A DNA stretch of 64,000 nt, from the NCBI GenBank assembly GCA_951406725.2, contig OX597814.1:188728001-188792000 (forward strand), written 5' to 3'. This document shows positions 26,320 to 41,465 of this stretch, one piece after another. The notes below the pieces were generated by a model. It ran no database searches. It was not told the origin of the DNA and saw nothing but the letters and a program-made list of their open reading frames with translations. This DNA comes from Octopus vulgaris. Its lineage: Eukaryota. A program made the translations under genes and the position numbers. How positions within the stretch are numbered: position 1 is the first letter of the stretch; every line of letters starts with the position of its first letter.

Positions 26320-27766
26320 TCTATAATAAATAGCAATTTTGATGCACTACATGATGCAACACAAAACATTTCAACATCATTTCATCCAAAAGGTGAGCTT
26401 ATGAAAATCTGAATATGTTGATGACTGATTTTGGGAAACTTTATTGATACAAAAGCACTCGCCCCACAAAAAAAAAACATGCCTTGTACGAACTCTTGTT
26501 AAAATATGAAGAAACCTTGATAAAAATGTGCATTCGTGTTTTCAACATATATCTCCCGCCGACATATTGTCGCAACTGTTTCCCCATTAATATTGATATT
26601 TATCCTAATGTCTTTTATTGCACAACCATGTATATGTTAGGATATGATTGCGTGCATGTGTGTGTTTGTCTATGTGTATGTGTGCATGTATCTGTGTGTG
26701 TGTAAGAGAGAGTGTGTGTGAATATGTATGTGAGCTTGCGTGTATTCGTTGTTTTGCCTGTCAAACCTACTTTGACAATGTAATATGTAACATATGTATA
26801 ATTCGCAGATTGAGTCGCTGGGGTTCTATTGAAAAATTGACATCATTTATGTAACTCGGGAGGCAGCGAGATTTAAGACAAGGAGCCTTCAAAAGAAATA
26901 AAAACACCCAACTATTTTATTGTACTTTTACTATTCGTAGAAATATATTACCTCGTGTTGCGATGAAGAATTTATACGTAGGCTACATTCTTAAGGCCTT
27001 GTACTCGTCACCAACTACTGCCCTTTCAATTGGTAGTCCGGCATGTTATTGTCTCAGCTATCTGTCGTTCTCATACTAATTATAAGGACCTATATGACAC
27101 GTATATATCAAAGTTTAATACATTAACTAACCAATATCTATGATAATATAAGCCGACAAGTGAGCCATATATTTTCTAATTATGAAATATATTTATTGAC
27201 TAGTGAATATTTATAAAGATTATTATTGGGAGTGAAACTATAAACATGCAATATCTATGTTGAAAATAAACATCAAAATATATTAAATTCATTAAGAAAA
27301 ATGTAAAATGTATTTCCAAGTAAATAACATATAATATATTGATGTCTGTATTCGGTACAAGGTCATGTGTTTCCATGGGATTTGGTACATTCAAATAAAT
27401 CGATTTCAGTTCGTTACTTGCACTTCAATTTGAAATCAGAACAGAAAAGAACCATAGGCATCATTGATATCAGAGACATCCTTATCACCATACTGCTGAC
27501 TATTACTTTTATAAACGAAGATATTGTACTAAGAACGAAAGATAAATACGACTCAATAAGATAACGAGATAATTCTCTTGAAGTTTCGCTGTATTTCATA
27601 ACAACCAGGCTATCGGTTGTTGTTATACATCGCTAGTAACAATGAGCTTTCACTTCTTTTTTGATTGTGCCATTCTTTTCTACCTTTGCCCAAGTCGTTT
27701 AACTAAATCGTCTTCCCATAGTCTTGGAGGCATTTCGAGTAGCGTTTTTCGATTTCTTGTATACCT

Positions 27767-27978
27767 ATTTCTTTATTACCTACAAGGGGCTAAACACAGA
27801 GGGGGACAAACAAGGATAGACATAGGTATTAAGTCGATTACATCGACCCCAGTGCGTAACTGGTACTTAATTAATCGACCCCGAAAGGATGAAAAAGTCG
27901 ACCTCTCAACGTAACGACAGACGAAATACCGCTAAGCATTTCGCCCGGCGTGCTAACGTTTCTGCGAGCTCGCCGCTT
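27767..27978 (-). mobile_element. SINE family A with TSD TTTCTTGTATACC
   Basis: Family match; TSD present on both flanks. Confidence 0.92.
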
Positions 27979-27999
27979 TCTTGTATACCACTTGGCCAT

Positions 28000-29080
28000 T
28001 GCACGGGTCCAATTTTTGCTAAGGGTAAGTTACTTGAGGCTGTTGATTCTTTCATCTACCTGGGAAGCTCTACAGATGGAAATCTGGACACTGATATACA
28101 TATGCGAATTCAAAAGGCAACACAAGCATTTGGTGGTTTTGAGTCTCGCGTTCGGAGCCAACGGCTTATAAATAACAATACAAAATTGGCTCATTACAAA
28201 TCTTTACCATCCATGTTGTATTCTTCTGAAACATGGACATGTTATGAAAGACATTTCAAATTGTTAGAAGTATTCTACCAAAAATGCCTTCATCGCATTT
28301 TAAACATTAAATTGACTTCTTTTACTCCAAACACAGATGACTTTGCGTCTGCAGACATCACCTCAGTTAAAGCAAGGATTCTGAAAAACCAAATGAGATG
28401 ATGTGGCCATATTGTTCCAATGGCGGATGAACGCACACCCAAGCAGTTGATTTATGTTGACATTGCAGAGGGGAAACGCTATCGATGTAAACCTAAAAGA
28501 AAGTTTTAAGGACGGCATAAGGACTACAATAAAGGCACTTGGGATGAATCCAGAGGATATAGAAACCCTTGCTTCGGATCGAGCTGGATGACGAACAAAA
28601 ATGTAGAGTGAAAGCGTTTGAAGAGGCCAGGATAATGCATGCAAGATTCAAGAGAAATTTAAAGAATTTAAAGAATTTAAAAAAGAATGTGACGATCGAG
28701 AAGGCGAATCACTGACCTTTTTGCGTGTAAAAGTTTGTGAGAAGCCATGCCTTTCTTTTGCTGGGCTCAAGACTCATTTGCGAACTCATGGAAAACGAAC
28801 CGCCACCAATTATTCTGCCTATATGTATGTGCACACCTTTCAATGCAATGTATACCAAAGGGTGTGCAAATCTAACGGAGGCCTCAAAAGACATTTTAAG
28901 AACCCCAAAATCAGAGCTTCAGAGCATAAATGAAGCTTCGGGTGGTCCAAATCGGATATGCGATCTACGTGGGTGTATTTTCAAAACATTGGTTTAAAAA
29001 GCCACATCAGATGCCGTGATGGTTCTAAAGTGTAGGTACAGGAGGTGGTCAGACTCTGCATATGGAGTTGACAACCACCA
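28000..29080 (+). mobile_element. RTE-clade LINE 3' remnant with C-terminal C2H2 zinc fingers
   Basis: LEAVDSFIYLGS..RIQKATQAFG..MLYSSETWT..LEVFYQKCLHRIL; CEKPCLSFAGLKTHLRTH; CNVYQRVCKSNGGLKRH. Confidence 0.85.
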
Positions 29081-30836
29081 TAGATTTATATATATATCTA
29101 CGACGACGGGCTTCTTTCAGTTTACGTCTACTAAATCCACTCATAAAGCTTTGATCGGCCCGAGGTTATATTTGAAGACACTTGCCCAAGGTGCTACTCA
29201 GTGAGACTGAACCCGGAACCATGTAGTTGGGAAGCAAGCTTCTTGTTGTTATTATTATTAGTTTTGTTTCTCTGTCAAAGCCCTTTCTTTGAGAAAGACA
29301 AAATGGACTGATCAAAAATAAGATAAAGAGATCGCTGAAGAGGTCACAGAATGTGTGACGAAAGAGCTTTGACAAAGAGACAAAAGCAGAAATAATAATA
29401 ATAAAGCTGAAATAAAGACCAAACATATGTACTGTGTGTGTGTTTAATTGGCAGAGTATGACAATCCCTAAATATAACAATATAATATATTATAGTTTTC
29501 TATAAAATTATTGTCACCTGTTTATACTTATCCCTTTCTATAATTTAAAAAAAAAACTTTATCCGGTCATACAAAATAGTTGTGTCTGCGTCTCGCTTTT
29601 ATAACAGGTGAGATTAATTTTCAAGAAAGAAACAAAGAATGAATGAGAGTGATAAAAAGACAGAGAAACAGGTATATATATAGAGAAAGATAAAGAGAGG
29701 TACAACATGTCTGTTTTTCGGTTGTGTCAATCTGTATCGCTCCCACTCTGTTTTCTCTTTCTATAGCCACCAATCGGCAGCTGCATATAGCCTTTCTTAT
29801 TGTTCACTGTCAATATGCTTGTTGCATTGTAGCTCTTTCTCTCCATCTCCCTCATTGTTTTTGTTACGTTCTATACTACCGTCATTTACCTATCATCCAC
29901 ACTCCTTTCTCTTTAATAATCTTTTTTTAAATTTTTTTTTGTTTCTGTGCGCCCGCTCACACATGAGCTCATGACATATACACACATCCGATTTTATAAC
30001 ATATGATACCATAACGAATCCTAAATGTTAGCGGATAATGTAATAACCATTAACTTACTTTTTTAATTGTGTGATAAATGTTTTTCCTCTGAAACTTTTT
30101 TTTTTGTTTCTAAATTTAAAAGCATAAATGCTTTAAAACTTAAAAGGACACACTCATAAAAGAAGTTGTCTCATCATTACACACGTTGGTTTCATCACGT
30201 TTTTATATGTGAATAACGCACCATACTTCACACTCTAACAGCCAGATTATTTCTATAGATTTTATCGAGGGCTATCGAATGGCAATGAGAACTTTCAAAA
30301 AAGAAAAAAAATATAAGCAAAAAAATAAAACAAAACAGAATATTTTTCATATGATTTGAAGCAACTTGTAAAAAAAATATTTGCTACTCACATGATTCTA
30401 TCATTATTCCTTAAAAATAGATCGTATAAGGTCAAATAACTGAATATCCAAGGAAGTTTTATAATCTACCACACCTCAAACAACACACACACACACACAA
30501 CAAAAGCATCTAGAACCAAACATACTCACACATATTCAGACAGAAGACACTGAAGTAGTTATTATATAAACAATATTTAACATAGTGTTTGCGCAATTAA
30601 AGCACCATGCTTCTCCACAAACAAAAATATATATGTTGAGATTCTGTTTGCTTACATCAAATCGCCATATTGCTAACGGTGACCCAAATATTGCTTAAAT
30701 GTTATCTAAAGCTATCATCTGGTACATAATAATTTCAATCGAAATATAGTGAAATCTCTTCTAAGGTAAAGTCTATATACGTTTTAACATTATAAATCCG
30801 GATTTAGAATATAATAATACCATATATATATATATG

Positions 30837-30870
<34 letters not shown>

Positions 30871-31165
30871 TGTATGTATGTATGTATGTATGTATGTATG
30901 TATGTATGTATGTATGCATGCATGCATCTTTGAGACGGTTGGTCAAAATATATTCTTCATATTTATAAATGTAACAAATAGTATATTTAGAAATATCTGA
31001 AATAACGTAAATATATATACACAAACAAATATACACACATATGTTTATTATGCTAAAAATTGACAACCTCCTTTGAGTTTCGCTCCAGTTTGCGGGGGGG
31101 GTGTTGCAATTGATGAGAACAGCGCTGTCCGAAGAGAAACTCAGAGGAGACAGTCAAATTTTGAT

Positions 31166-31221
<56 letters not shown>

Positions 31222-31224
<3 letters not shown>

Positions 31225-32453
31225 GGTGCGATAGGTAAATTGTCGCCATATTATAGTTTTAATATCACGCATGCGCAGTGATTGCTTTTGATTTTGTCGA
31301 CTACACGCTACAGTTGGGCATCATCTGTGACAAAAATACCACCATGACGTAATTCACTCTGTCAGAGATTTGGAAGCAATATGCCATACTGCTGGGCATT
31401 CGTGCCGGAAGCTCCAATACGAATATTTCAGAGTGTATGGATATCAATCTGAGGACAGTGCAGAGGATTCGGAAAGAGTTTGATGAGTCTAATGGTGATT
31501 ACGAAGGTACTCGGAAAACTAACTCTAGTCGTTCTGATAAGAAAAGAACTCCTGAATTTGTTGGTGAGATCCAGGCCATGATTGACAACGATCCCTCCAA
31601 GTCAATCAGGTCCATTGCCAGGGACATGGGAGTGTTTGAGTTTTTTTATCAGGCAGGTAGTGCATGAAGACATTTGCTAGTCCTCATACAAGATGAGAAA
31701 GGGCCAATTTTTATCCTAAGCCATCAAGGACAAGAGGGAAGACCGCGTTACGAAGCTTTTGAACAAACCCAAGCATCCCCTCCAACCGAACATGCTTTGG
31801 TTTTTCTCAGAGGAGAACAATTTCTGGCAGAATCAGATGGGAAACACACAGGACAACCGTTGGCTTGCCGTGACAGCGACTGATAGCGATGTTATGCCGA
31901 GTGATAACGACGTTATGCCTCCATTCATCTTCCCATAAGGCCTCAGACTCAAGATGGAGGTCTACACCAAGTGCCTGGAGGAGGTAGTGCTGCCCTGGGT
32001 CAAGAGAGTGGCTGCTGGAAGACCCTATGTCTGGCAACAGGAGTCTGCACCATGCCACACAAACAGGAGACACAGTCATGGCTGTCAGAAAATTTCTGTG
32101 ACCACATCACCCCAGACATTTGGCCACCTAACTCCCCAGACTGATTATTATATGTGGGGCGCAGTTGAGTAAGAGATAAACAAAACTGCTTGTAACGCCA
32201 AAGATGAACTGAAGGCAAGGATTATGGCAGCTTTCACCATCTTAATCAAAAGGACCATCCAGAAGAGTTGCAGGAGATTCCAAAGTTATGTGGAGGCCAT
32301 GGTTGAAGTGAATGGCGATTTTATTGAATAAATTTACTCTTTAGTATTTCAAGATTTTTTAATGTAATTTTGGTAAATATATCTGTTAAAATGAGATGTT
32401 AGTGTGATTTTCATGTTGGCCTAATCTAAACGACAGTTTATTCACCACACCTT

Positions 32454-32455
<2 letters not shown>
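31222..32455 (+). mobile_element. Tc1/mariner-superfamily DD37D (maT-like) transposon, near full length, decayed
   Basis: MIDNDPSKSIRSIARDMGV, WFFSEENNF, VWQQESAPCHT, WPPNSPD..YYMWG; degenerate TIRs GGTGCGATAGGTAAATTGTCG and CGACAGTTTATTCACCACACC in (TA)n. Confidence 0.88.
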
Positions 32456-32499
<44 letters not shown>

Positions 32500-32677
32500 T
32501 TTATAAAAATAGGGTAAAGTAAAATAATTTACTTTACCACACACCGAGATTTTTAGAAATAGCAGCCAAAAATTTGGCTATTTCTTCTACTGCAAGAAAA
32601 AGTTTCCCAGACAATGCATACTCAGAAATAACTCACATAGGTATAAGGGAAAAACAACGAAAGATCACATCCATATT

Positions 32678-32723
<46 letters not shown>

Positions 32724-32736
32724 TCTCTCTCTCTCT

Positions 32737-33220
32737 TTTACTCTTTTACTTATTTCAGTCATTTGACTGCGGCCACGCTGGAGCACCGCCTATATATATA
32801 TTTATCTTTCACCTTTTACCTCTTTCAGTCATTAGACAGCTGCCATGCTAGTATATTGTCTTGAAACATTTTTGTCGAACACATCACCCCGATATTTAAT
32901 TTTCCAAAGTCCTGTATTTATTCTATTGGTCTGTTAGGCAGGGCCGTTGAGTTACGAGGACGTAAATACACCAACATCCGTTGTCAAGTAGAGATAGAAG
33001 ACAAACTTAGACACAAAGGCACATACGTACACAAGCAAATACACACAGACACATACACACACATAATGCGAAGGTCTTCTTTCAGTTTCTGTTCAACAAA
33101 TCTACTCACAAGACTTTAGTTAGTCTAAGGTTATAGTACAAAAACATTTGCCATAAGAACCACGGAGTGAGACTGAACGTAGAACCATGTCATTGGGAAA
33201 CAAACTTTTTACCACACAGC
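32737..33220 (-). mobile_element. Old SINE B copy with an extra B tail fragment
   Basis: Degenerate match to family B. Confidence 0.75.
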
Positions 33221-33409
33221 ATCTATGTATGTATGTATGTATGTATGTATGTATGTATGTATGTATGTATCTATCTATCTATCTATCTGTCTATATGCAC
33301 ACACACACGCATATATATAAAAACATATATATATACATGTATATGTCTGTATATATACATATACATACATAAATATACACACACACTATCACACACACTC
33401 ATATATATA

Positions 33410-34637
<1,228 letters not shown>

Positions 34638-35586
34638 TTAAGTAAGTGTTGGGATAAGCAAGTTAGACAGAGCAATATATAAAGTATATTAAATACATGA
34701 AAAGCAAATAATGAATATATGCATTTATATTAAAAAGGTCCGACTTACACATTATTATGGTCCAATGAGCCACCAGATACAGCCTTTGGATTTGTAATAC
34801 TGTTCCTCAACCCCTTTAATTCTCTATATCATTTGTATTATGTGTAAGTATACATGCATTTTTTTTGTATTTCATGTATTTAATATATTTTATTGATTGG
34901 TCTAACTTGCTTATTCCATACATTTACTTCTATACCCGCTCAAGTTTAGATCTCTTGAGCACTACTAAGTGTATTCTATACGGAGAAAATGTGGATCTCA
35001 TCTATGAGCTATATATATAATTAGCACACACAGACATGCCTACACACATATACGAATATATTTCATGCGAATTTCTGTTTATATATAAATTTATATAACA
35101 TGCTAGGATCTTTGACCGTTTGTTCTTTTATGGATATATTACTAAACAAACTGAAGACTTTCAAGCCTTTAAAATACACGTCGTGAAAGGTGTATTTAAA
35201 GCCTCGAACAACTTGTTTCGAATCGATGCTAGATCACAAACAAACATTTTAATTATCACAGTTGAGTGTTAAGCAAAGTCTACTTGCATGCTAGACACAA
35301 AAATAAAAGGCTGGTTCCTTTCATGTACTCAAAGACTAAGTGCATGAAATATCAACTTGTAAAACCTGGAATCACAAGATATTTATTAAAGATCATAGAA
35401 CCACAAGATACCTTTTATAATTATTTATGACTGCAATAATTATTTGTTTCAAATTTCGTTGCATTTCCGTTTGGAAGTCAGTGATATGAAATAATTCAAT
35501 TCCCCTTAAGTATTTCATAACACATTTTAGAAAAGATGAAGTCAGACATGTTCTGGGTAAGACACAGGAATATGTGTCACAGTACG

Positions 35587-35619
<33 letters not shown>

Positions 35620-35622
<3 letters not shown>

Positions 35623-35845
35623 CCACTTCTATCTTGACTGACTGAACTTCTTCCTTTCTAGGACTCTCATCTTTCCAACCTTCTTGAACTTTGGGTACCT
35701 TTTTTCTCTGATCCCTTTCTGTCGAAGAGGGTAGGCTCGAAACGTTAACGACTTTTTTATTCTTCCCGAGAGTCAAACTAAAACACCTCCTTGTTGTTCC
35801 CTCACCGGTCTTCGTCTTTCGTTTTCTGTAACTTTGAACTGTATA
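35620..35845 (+). mobile_element. Penelope-like pseudo-LTR unit with a minimal hammerhead motif (35714-35752)
   Basis: CCTTT-CTGTCGA-AGAGG-GTAG-GCTC-GAAACGTT-AACG; (TA)n flanks. Confidence 0.6.
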
Positions 35846-36024
35846 TATATACATATATATATATTTTTTTTGTGAAATAGAAAGATGAATAATCTTGTTG
35901 CAGATTAATCAAAAGTTTAACCGATACCTTGGTAGCAAAAATCACAGCAGAAGACAGCACGGTTGGAGGTACAACCATATGGTGTTGCAACCGTGCGTTG
36001 GTGCGGATAATTGAATTTTATTCA

Positions 36025-36071
<47 letters not shown>

Positions 36072-36365
36072 CGACGCTATATATCATATGAGTGGGTTTG
36101 ATTTCCGGATCGAGCGGCACGTTGTGTTCTCGAAGGACGCTTTATTTAAAGTTGTTTCTTTCCACTCGTGTAAATGGGTAATCCTAAGACGGACTAGCTT
36201 TCCGATCAATAGGAATGTTGGTCAGCTCCTCTAGCCAGCATTCGAAAGCTAAAATGATGCAAAGCACATGGTGACTAGTCATGTATAGCAACATCCGATA
36301 GTCTGGTCGATCACGTGATAAGTGTATGTGTGTGTGTATATGTGTGTTTGTTTGTGTGTGTGTGC

Positions 36366-36464
<99 letters not shown>

Positions 36465-36472
36465 ATGTATAT

Positions 36473-36783
36473 GGAGGTGCAATGGCCCAGTGGTTAGGGC
36501 AGCAGACTCGCGGTCGGAGGATCGTGGTTTCGATTCCCAGACCAGGCGTTGTGAGTATTTATTGTGCGAAAACACCTAAAGCTCCACAAGGCTCTGGCAG
36601 GGGGTGGTGGCGATCCCTGCTGTACTCTTTCACCACAACTTTTTCTCGCTCTTTCTTCTGTTGGCCTGCTTGCTTAGCCAGCGGGGTGGCGTCATTTGAA
36701 GGCTGAAACAATGCGAAGCGCATTGTGACCAGCGATGTGTAGCAACATCTGATAACGTGGTCGGTCACGGTGATCACGGTGAT
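36473..36783 (+). mobile_element. SINE family C (tail type i)
   Basis: Head plus tail GACCAGCGATGTGTAGCAACATCTGAT..GGTCACGGTGAT. Confidence 0.92.
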
Positions 36784-36823
36784 ATATATATATATGTATA
36801 TATATATGCATGTATATGTATAT

Positions 36824-36913
<90 letters not shown>

Positions 36914-37134
36914 TTGTAGATTTATAGTTATGTGTGTAGGTGTATGTATGTATGTGCACACAAACACACACACACACGTACGTACATACGTACGTATTTA
37001 TTGATTCAGAGATTCATTTCGCAGCAAGACGAAACGTAAACGTTTTAAATAAATGGATGCACTATATGATATATATATATATCCCTGCATAAATACTATA
37101 CGCATACATTAACAGATGCACGCACACAGACGCA

Positions 37135-37204
<70 letters not shown>

Positions 37205-37593
37205 TACATGCACGCACGCACGAACGCACTCACACAGATGTCACGCTACATTTATGTTCAATTACAAATGATATCAGTACATAAATTATATGCAATTTCT
37301 TGTGTAATCAAGCATATGCTTATTTACCTATGTCCGTCTCTCTCTGTCTGTCTGTACACACACATACACACACACACACACACACAGAGACAGACACACA
37401 CAGAAACACACAGAGACATACATATACATATATCAAATATTACATGATATATATATATAGATAGATAGATAGATACATGGATACATAGATATATTTAATA
37501 TATAATATGTATAACGTATAATATACCTTATATAATATAATATTATATATATACATATATATATATAAATACGTGTATATATATATGTATATA

Positions 37594-37624
<31 letters not shown>

Positions 37625-38657
37625 ATAGATAGATAGATATATAGATATATTTAATATATAATATATATAACGTATAATATACCTTATATTATAAAATATT
37701 ATATATATATTTTTTTGTATAAATACGTGTATATATATATATATAAAACTTTGCATACTTCATATATATGAATATGCATATATATTATATATTCACACAT
37801 ATTTTTTTTACAGACTCTTCCAGGTCTGTACGCTTATACAGACACATACCAAAACGCGCCATTTATTTCCCTGTTTCTATACATTCTACATTTACTCTCA
37901 CATTTACGCATTCCTGCAGACATATGCATCTGATGTCGGTATAACATTTTTTTGTTCTGTGCATGCGCGCTTCCATAAAGCTTTAAAATATAAGTAAAAT
38001 ATAAACGTTTAATTAAAACTATACGCATATAGTAAGCAATTCTCTCCTCCGATCCTTCAACATCCTTGATAGACAGAGCTGATAAATTATCGATATATCC
38101 TGAAATCGATAAAAAATATTATTACCGATGACAACTTAAATATTCGCTTCAGCATCTAACTTTTTTTTTGGTGGGGAATAACAAAGGGAAGTAAAACAAC
38201 ACGATGATTAGAAATGTATATAAAAAAAATCACTTTCTGATCAAAAGAAAGTTCCGATCGATAATATATGGTAGAAAGCAAAATCGATATCCATTAAATT
38301 TCTTATAGAAATGTTCTGGTTTTGAGAGAAGGGAAGTAGACAGCATTATATTGAGAATTGATTGGGTTATTTTTTTTTTACGTATGCGCCATGGCAAAGA
38401 TCAATAATAATTCATGGAAATATGGAGACACATGGCATCATTATTAACTTGCATCATTGTAAACAAAAACCGAACGAGAATTGTTGGAGTGAAACCAACG
38501 GCTAACTGAATTTACAACCTGATTTTCATTAACAGTTGAAGGTAGTTTGCTTTACTTAAGTTGTTCGAATGTTGCGGTGGCACTCTTCTATAATATAAGC
38601 ACAATGCATTAAGTTGTAACATTACATTTCCTATATCATATCACTTTTTTTTTTTTG

Positions 38658-38886
38658 AAGGCGGCGAGCTGGCAGAAACGTTAACATGCCGGGGGAAATG
38701 CTTAACTGTATTTCGTCTGCCGCTACGTTCTGAGTTCAAATTCCGCCGAGGTCGACTTTGCCTTTCATCCTTTCGGGTTCGATAAATAAAGTACCATTTT
38801 CGCACAGGGGTTGATGTAATCGACTTAATCCATTTGTCTGTCCTGGTTTGTCCCCTCTATGTTTAGCCCCTTGTGGGTAGTAAAAA
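38658..38886 (+). mobile_element. SINE family A with TSD TATATCATATCACTTTT
   Basis: Family match and TSD. Confidence 0.92.
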
Positions 38887-39032
38887 ATATATATCATATC
38901 ACTTTTCCGTTATATCCTATCGCCTTTACCCTTTACTGTTACATAGAATATTTTGTCATCTTACATGTCGCATGTACCTTTTCCACTTATATCGGCACGC
39001 AACGCGACCCAAATATAACTGGGTTGGAGTAT

Positions 39033-39339
39033 TGTTGTTTGTTTGTTCCTTCTAGAGCCACGCCTGGTTCATAGGGCCGGTTTCCCGGTCTCCTTGGGGT
39101 ATAGGTTCCCCATCTGGACGGGATGCCGGTCCGTCGCAGGTGAGCTGCAAGATGCAGGAGGAAAGAGTGAGAGAAAGTTGTGGCGAAAGAGTCAGCAGAA
39201 GTTCGCCATTACCTTCTGCCGGAGCCGTGTGGAGTTTAGGTGTTTCGCTCATAAACACACACATCATCCTGTTTGAGATTCGAACCCGCGATCTCTCGAC
39301 CGCGAGTCCGCTGCTCTAACCACTAGGTTATGTGCCTCT
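39033..39339 (-). mobile_element. SINE family C (tail type iii) with TSD GGG(T/G)TGGAGTAT
   Basis: Sister copy of 61637-61936. Confidence 0.9.
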
Positions 39340-41109
39340 ACGGGGTGGAGTATAAACGTAGTTAATTTAATCTACCCTAGTACGTAACTGCTATAACGAC
39401 TTTAGATCATGGAAAGATAAATTTAATCCCAATAAAATGAAAGGCAAAATCGACTGCACGAGACAGTCAATCCAACCCTACCGAGCCTCCTACTCTAATT
39501 CCCGGTCAAAATAAACCAGTATTCAATGAGGAAGCACGATAGGCTTAAACGATTCATGTTTGAATGAAACTGGTGCGTATGTTAATGTGTAAGAATTAAA
39601 AATGTGAAAACAAAGGAAAAATTTGAGTGGAATACAAGTTAGAGATCTGATAGCAAACCAAACCAACACTAATATGCAAAAGGCTTCCAATAAGATGATT
39701 TATATTAAAACACCGCCTTTCTGTGAATGGCATTCGAGATATCAATGTAATAGAAAAGGGTAGTTTATATCGAGGTCTAGTTTGGTAAGAATACTTAATT
39801 ACTAAAGCCGAGAAATCTGGTGATCTACTGACTAAAGGGTAACGTCTACGAACTGAATCTGGAACTGAACATCTGTTCACAGCGAATTCAATCTTAGTGT
39901 TAAGGTGTTATAATATAACGTTATTAATGATTTACCTTTTTAATTGGAAGAAATATTTCGTATCTGTATATTTATATCGTTTTTTGTTATGCTATATAGC
40001 AAGTACGCGATGTGATGATGAACGCCTTTCACAGAAGTCGAGGCCGATTCTGCAAAAGGGAATAAAAGAGATTGAAGAAAAATGACCCAGTAGTTGATTG
40101 ATGCATTGATTCTGAAGAGATGAAAGGCAAAAATCGGTCGTGGAAGGACTTGAACTGAGAGCCAAGCATTTTATTAAATGCTCTGCCAACTCTACCAATA
40201 TCTCCCCTTGTGTTCAAACTGACACAGTCAAGTCATTTCAATTGTTCCAGGACACACAGTATGCTACAACATTCACCTCTTTGCTCACTTTCTAATTTTA
40301 CTGTCTGTTGCGAAGTGTCATAATTTCATTCCATTTCCACGGCTGAAAAATATTTTCTTAGAATGGTATAAGACGCAAAGAGAGTCGGGTATGTAGCCAA
40401 TCTAATCTCCTCTAGTATTCATTTAGTACTTATCTTATTGACTCCAGATCGTTGAAAGGCAAATTCATCGCAATAGGATGAAAAACAAGATGAGCCGCAC
40501 AAGACAGTCCATCCAACACCGTACCGATTTTCTGATTCCACTTCCTCATCGAATAAAAATTAGGGAAATTAATTGAAATAGTGCATCTGGGTGCATATAG
40601 AATTACAATAATAGCAGGTAAATATTAGGCTAAAAATCCTTATTGTATAAAAAAGTTGAAGGCTGGCGTGGAGAGAGGAGGCTGGTATGCATGGGAAACT
40701 GCTGGTTTTCCTCAAACAGCATTTCCCGGACTTCTAATTCAGAGGGTAACATTCTAGGTGCAATCCAATGGTCTTTGATGACCGAAAGTGGGGTCTAAGA
40801 ACTTAGAGATACATTATTCCTAAAAAGAAAAAGAAAATTTAACAATCTCTAAAAAAATCTATAAATTATTGAAATTATATTTGAATGCAGTATTTTATAT
40901 ATTTGTGCCATTGTATTGGACTATTTAGAAATAAATGTAGGAAAATGATAACAATTTTTTTTATTTTGAAAGGAAAATATTTCAAAAATTAAAATATTTT
41001 CAGAAGAGCCGATCAATGTCTTGCATTATTTAATTTCGATCTTCAGTGTCCAGAACATCTACCATTTCAATTTAGTTTTCATCACTCTGAGATTGATACA
41101 CATATTCAC

Positions 41110-41441
41110 CTTCGACAGAATACATTTGGTCCGCTTCTTCAACCAAAACAGTTAGCGTTGTGTTTAACTGAAAGAAACAGGATGTAGCTTTAGTTGTGTC
41201 GTATTGCCACTGTTTTGCGTTCTATTCCATTATTACATGGATAATTTTATTTAAAGGGGCAACTCAGTTGGTTCAAACAGCTGCTGCTGAACTCGATTAC
41301 TTACAATTTCTTCTACAGGTAAATTATATTTATGAGCTTGAGATTATCGTATAACACGTAATAAATTTATTGAATTATTACTAGCAACTAATCTTTTCGG
41401 ATCGAAGAATAGTGTAATATTCTGTGAGTACCAGTACCATT
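41110..41441 (-). pseudogene. Two phase-compatible candidate exons (41305-41441 and 41110-41167) of an Ig-like domain, with one in-frame stop
   Basis: Splice sites CTTTCAG/GTAAGT and TTCTTTCAG/GTGAAT; joined translation WYWYSQNITLFFDPKRLVASNNSINLLRVIR*SQAHKYNLPVEEI|LNTTLTVLVEEADQMYSVE. Confidence 0.4.
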
Positions 41442-41465
41442 CTGAAAGTGTTTACTATCATTATA

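Noticed and set aside
41344-41350. In-frame TAA rescued by A-to-I editing
   Set aside because: No evidence; other candidate exons also carry stops and frameshifts, so pseudogenisation is simpler
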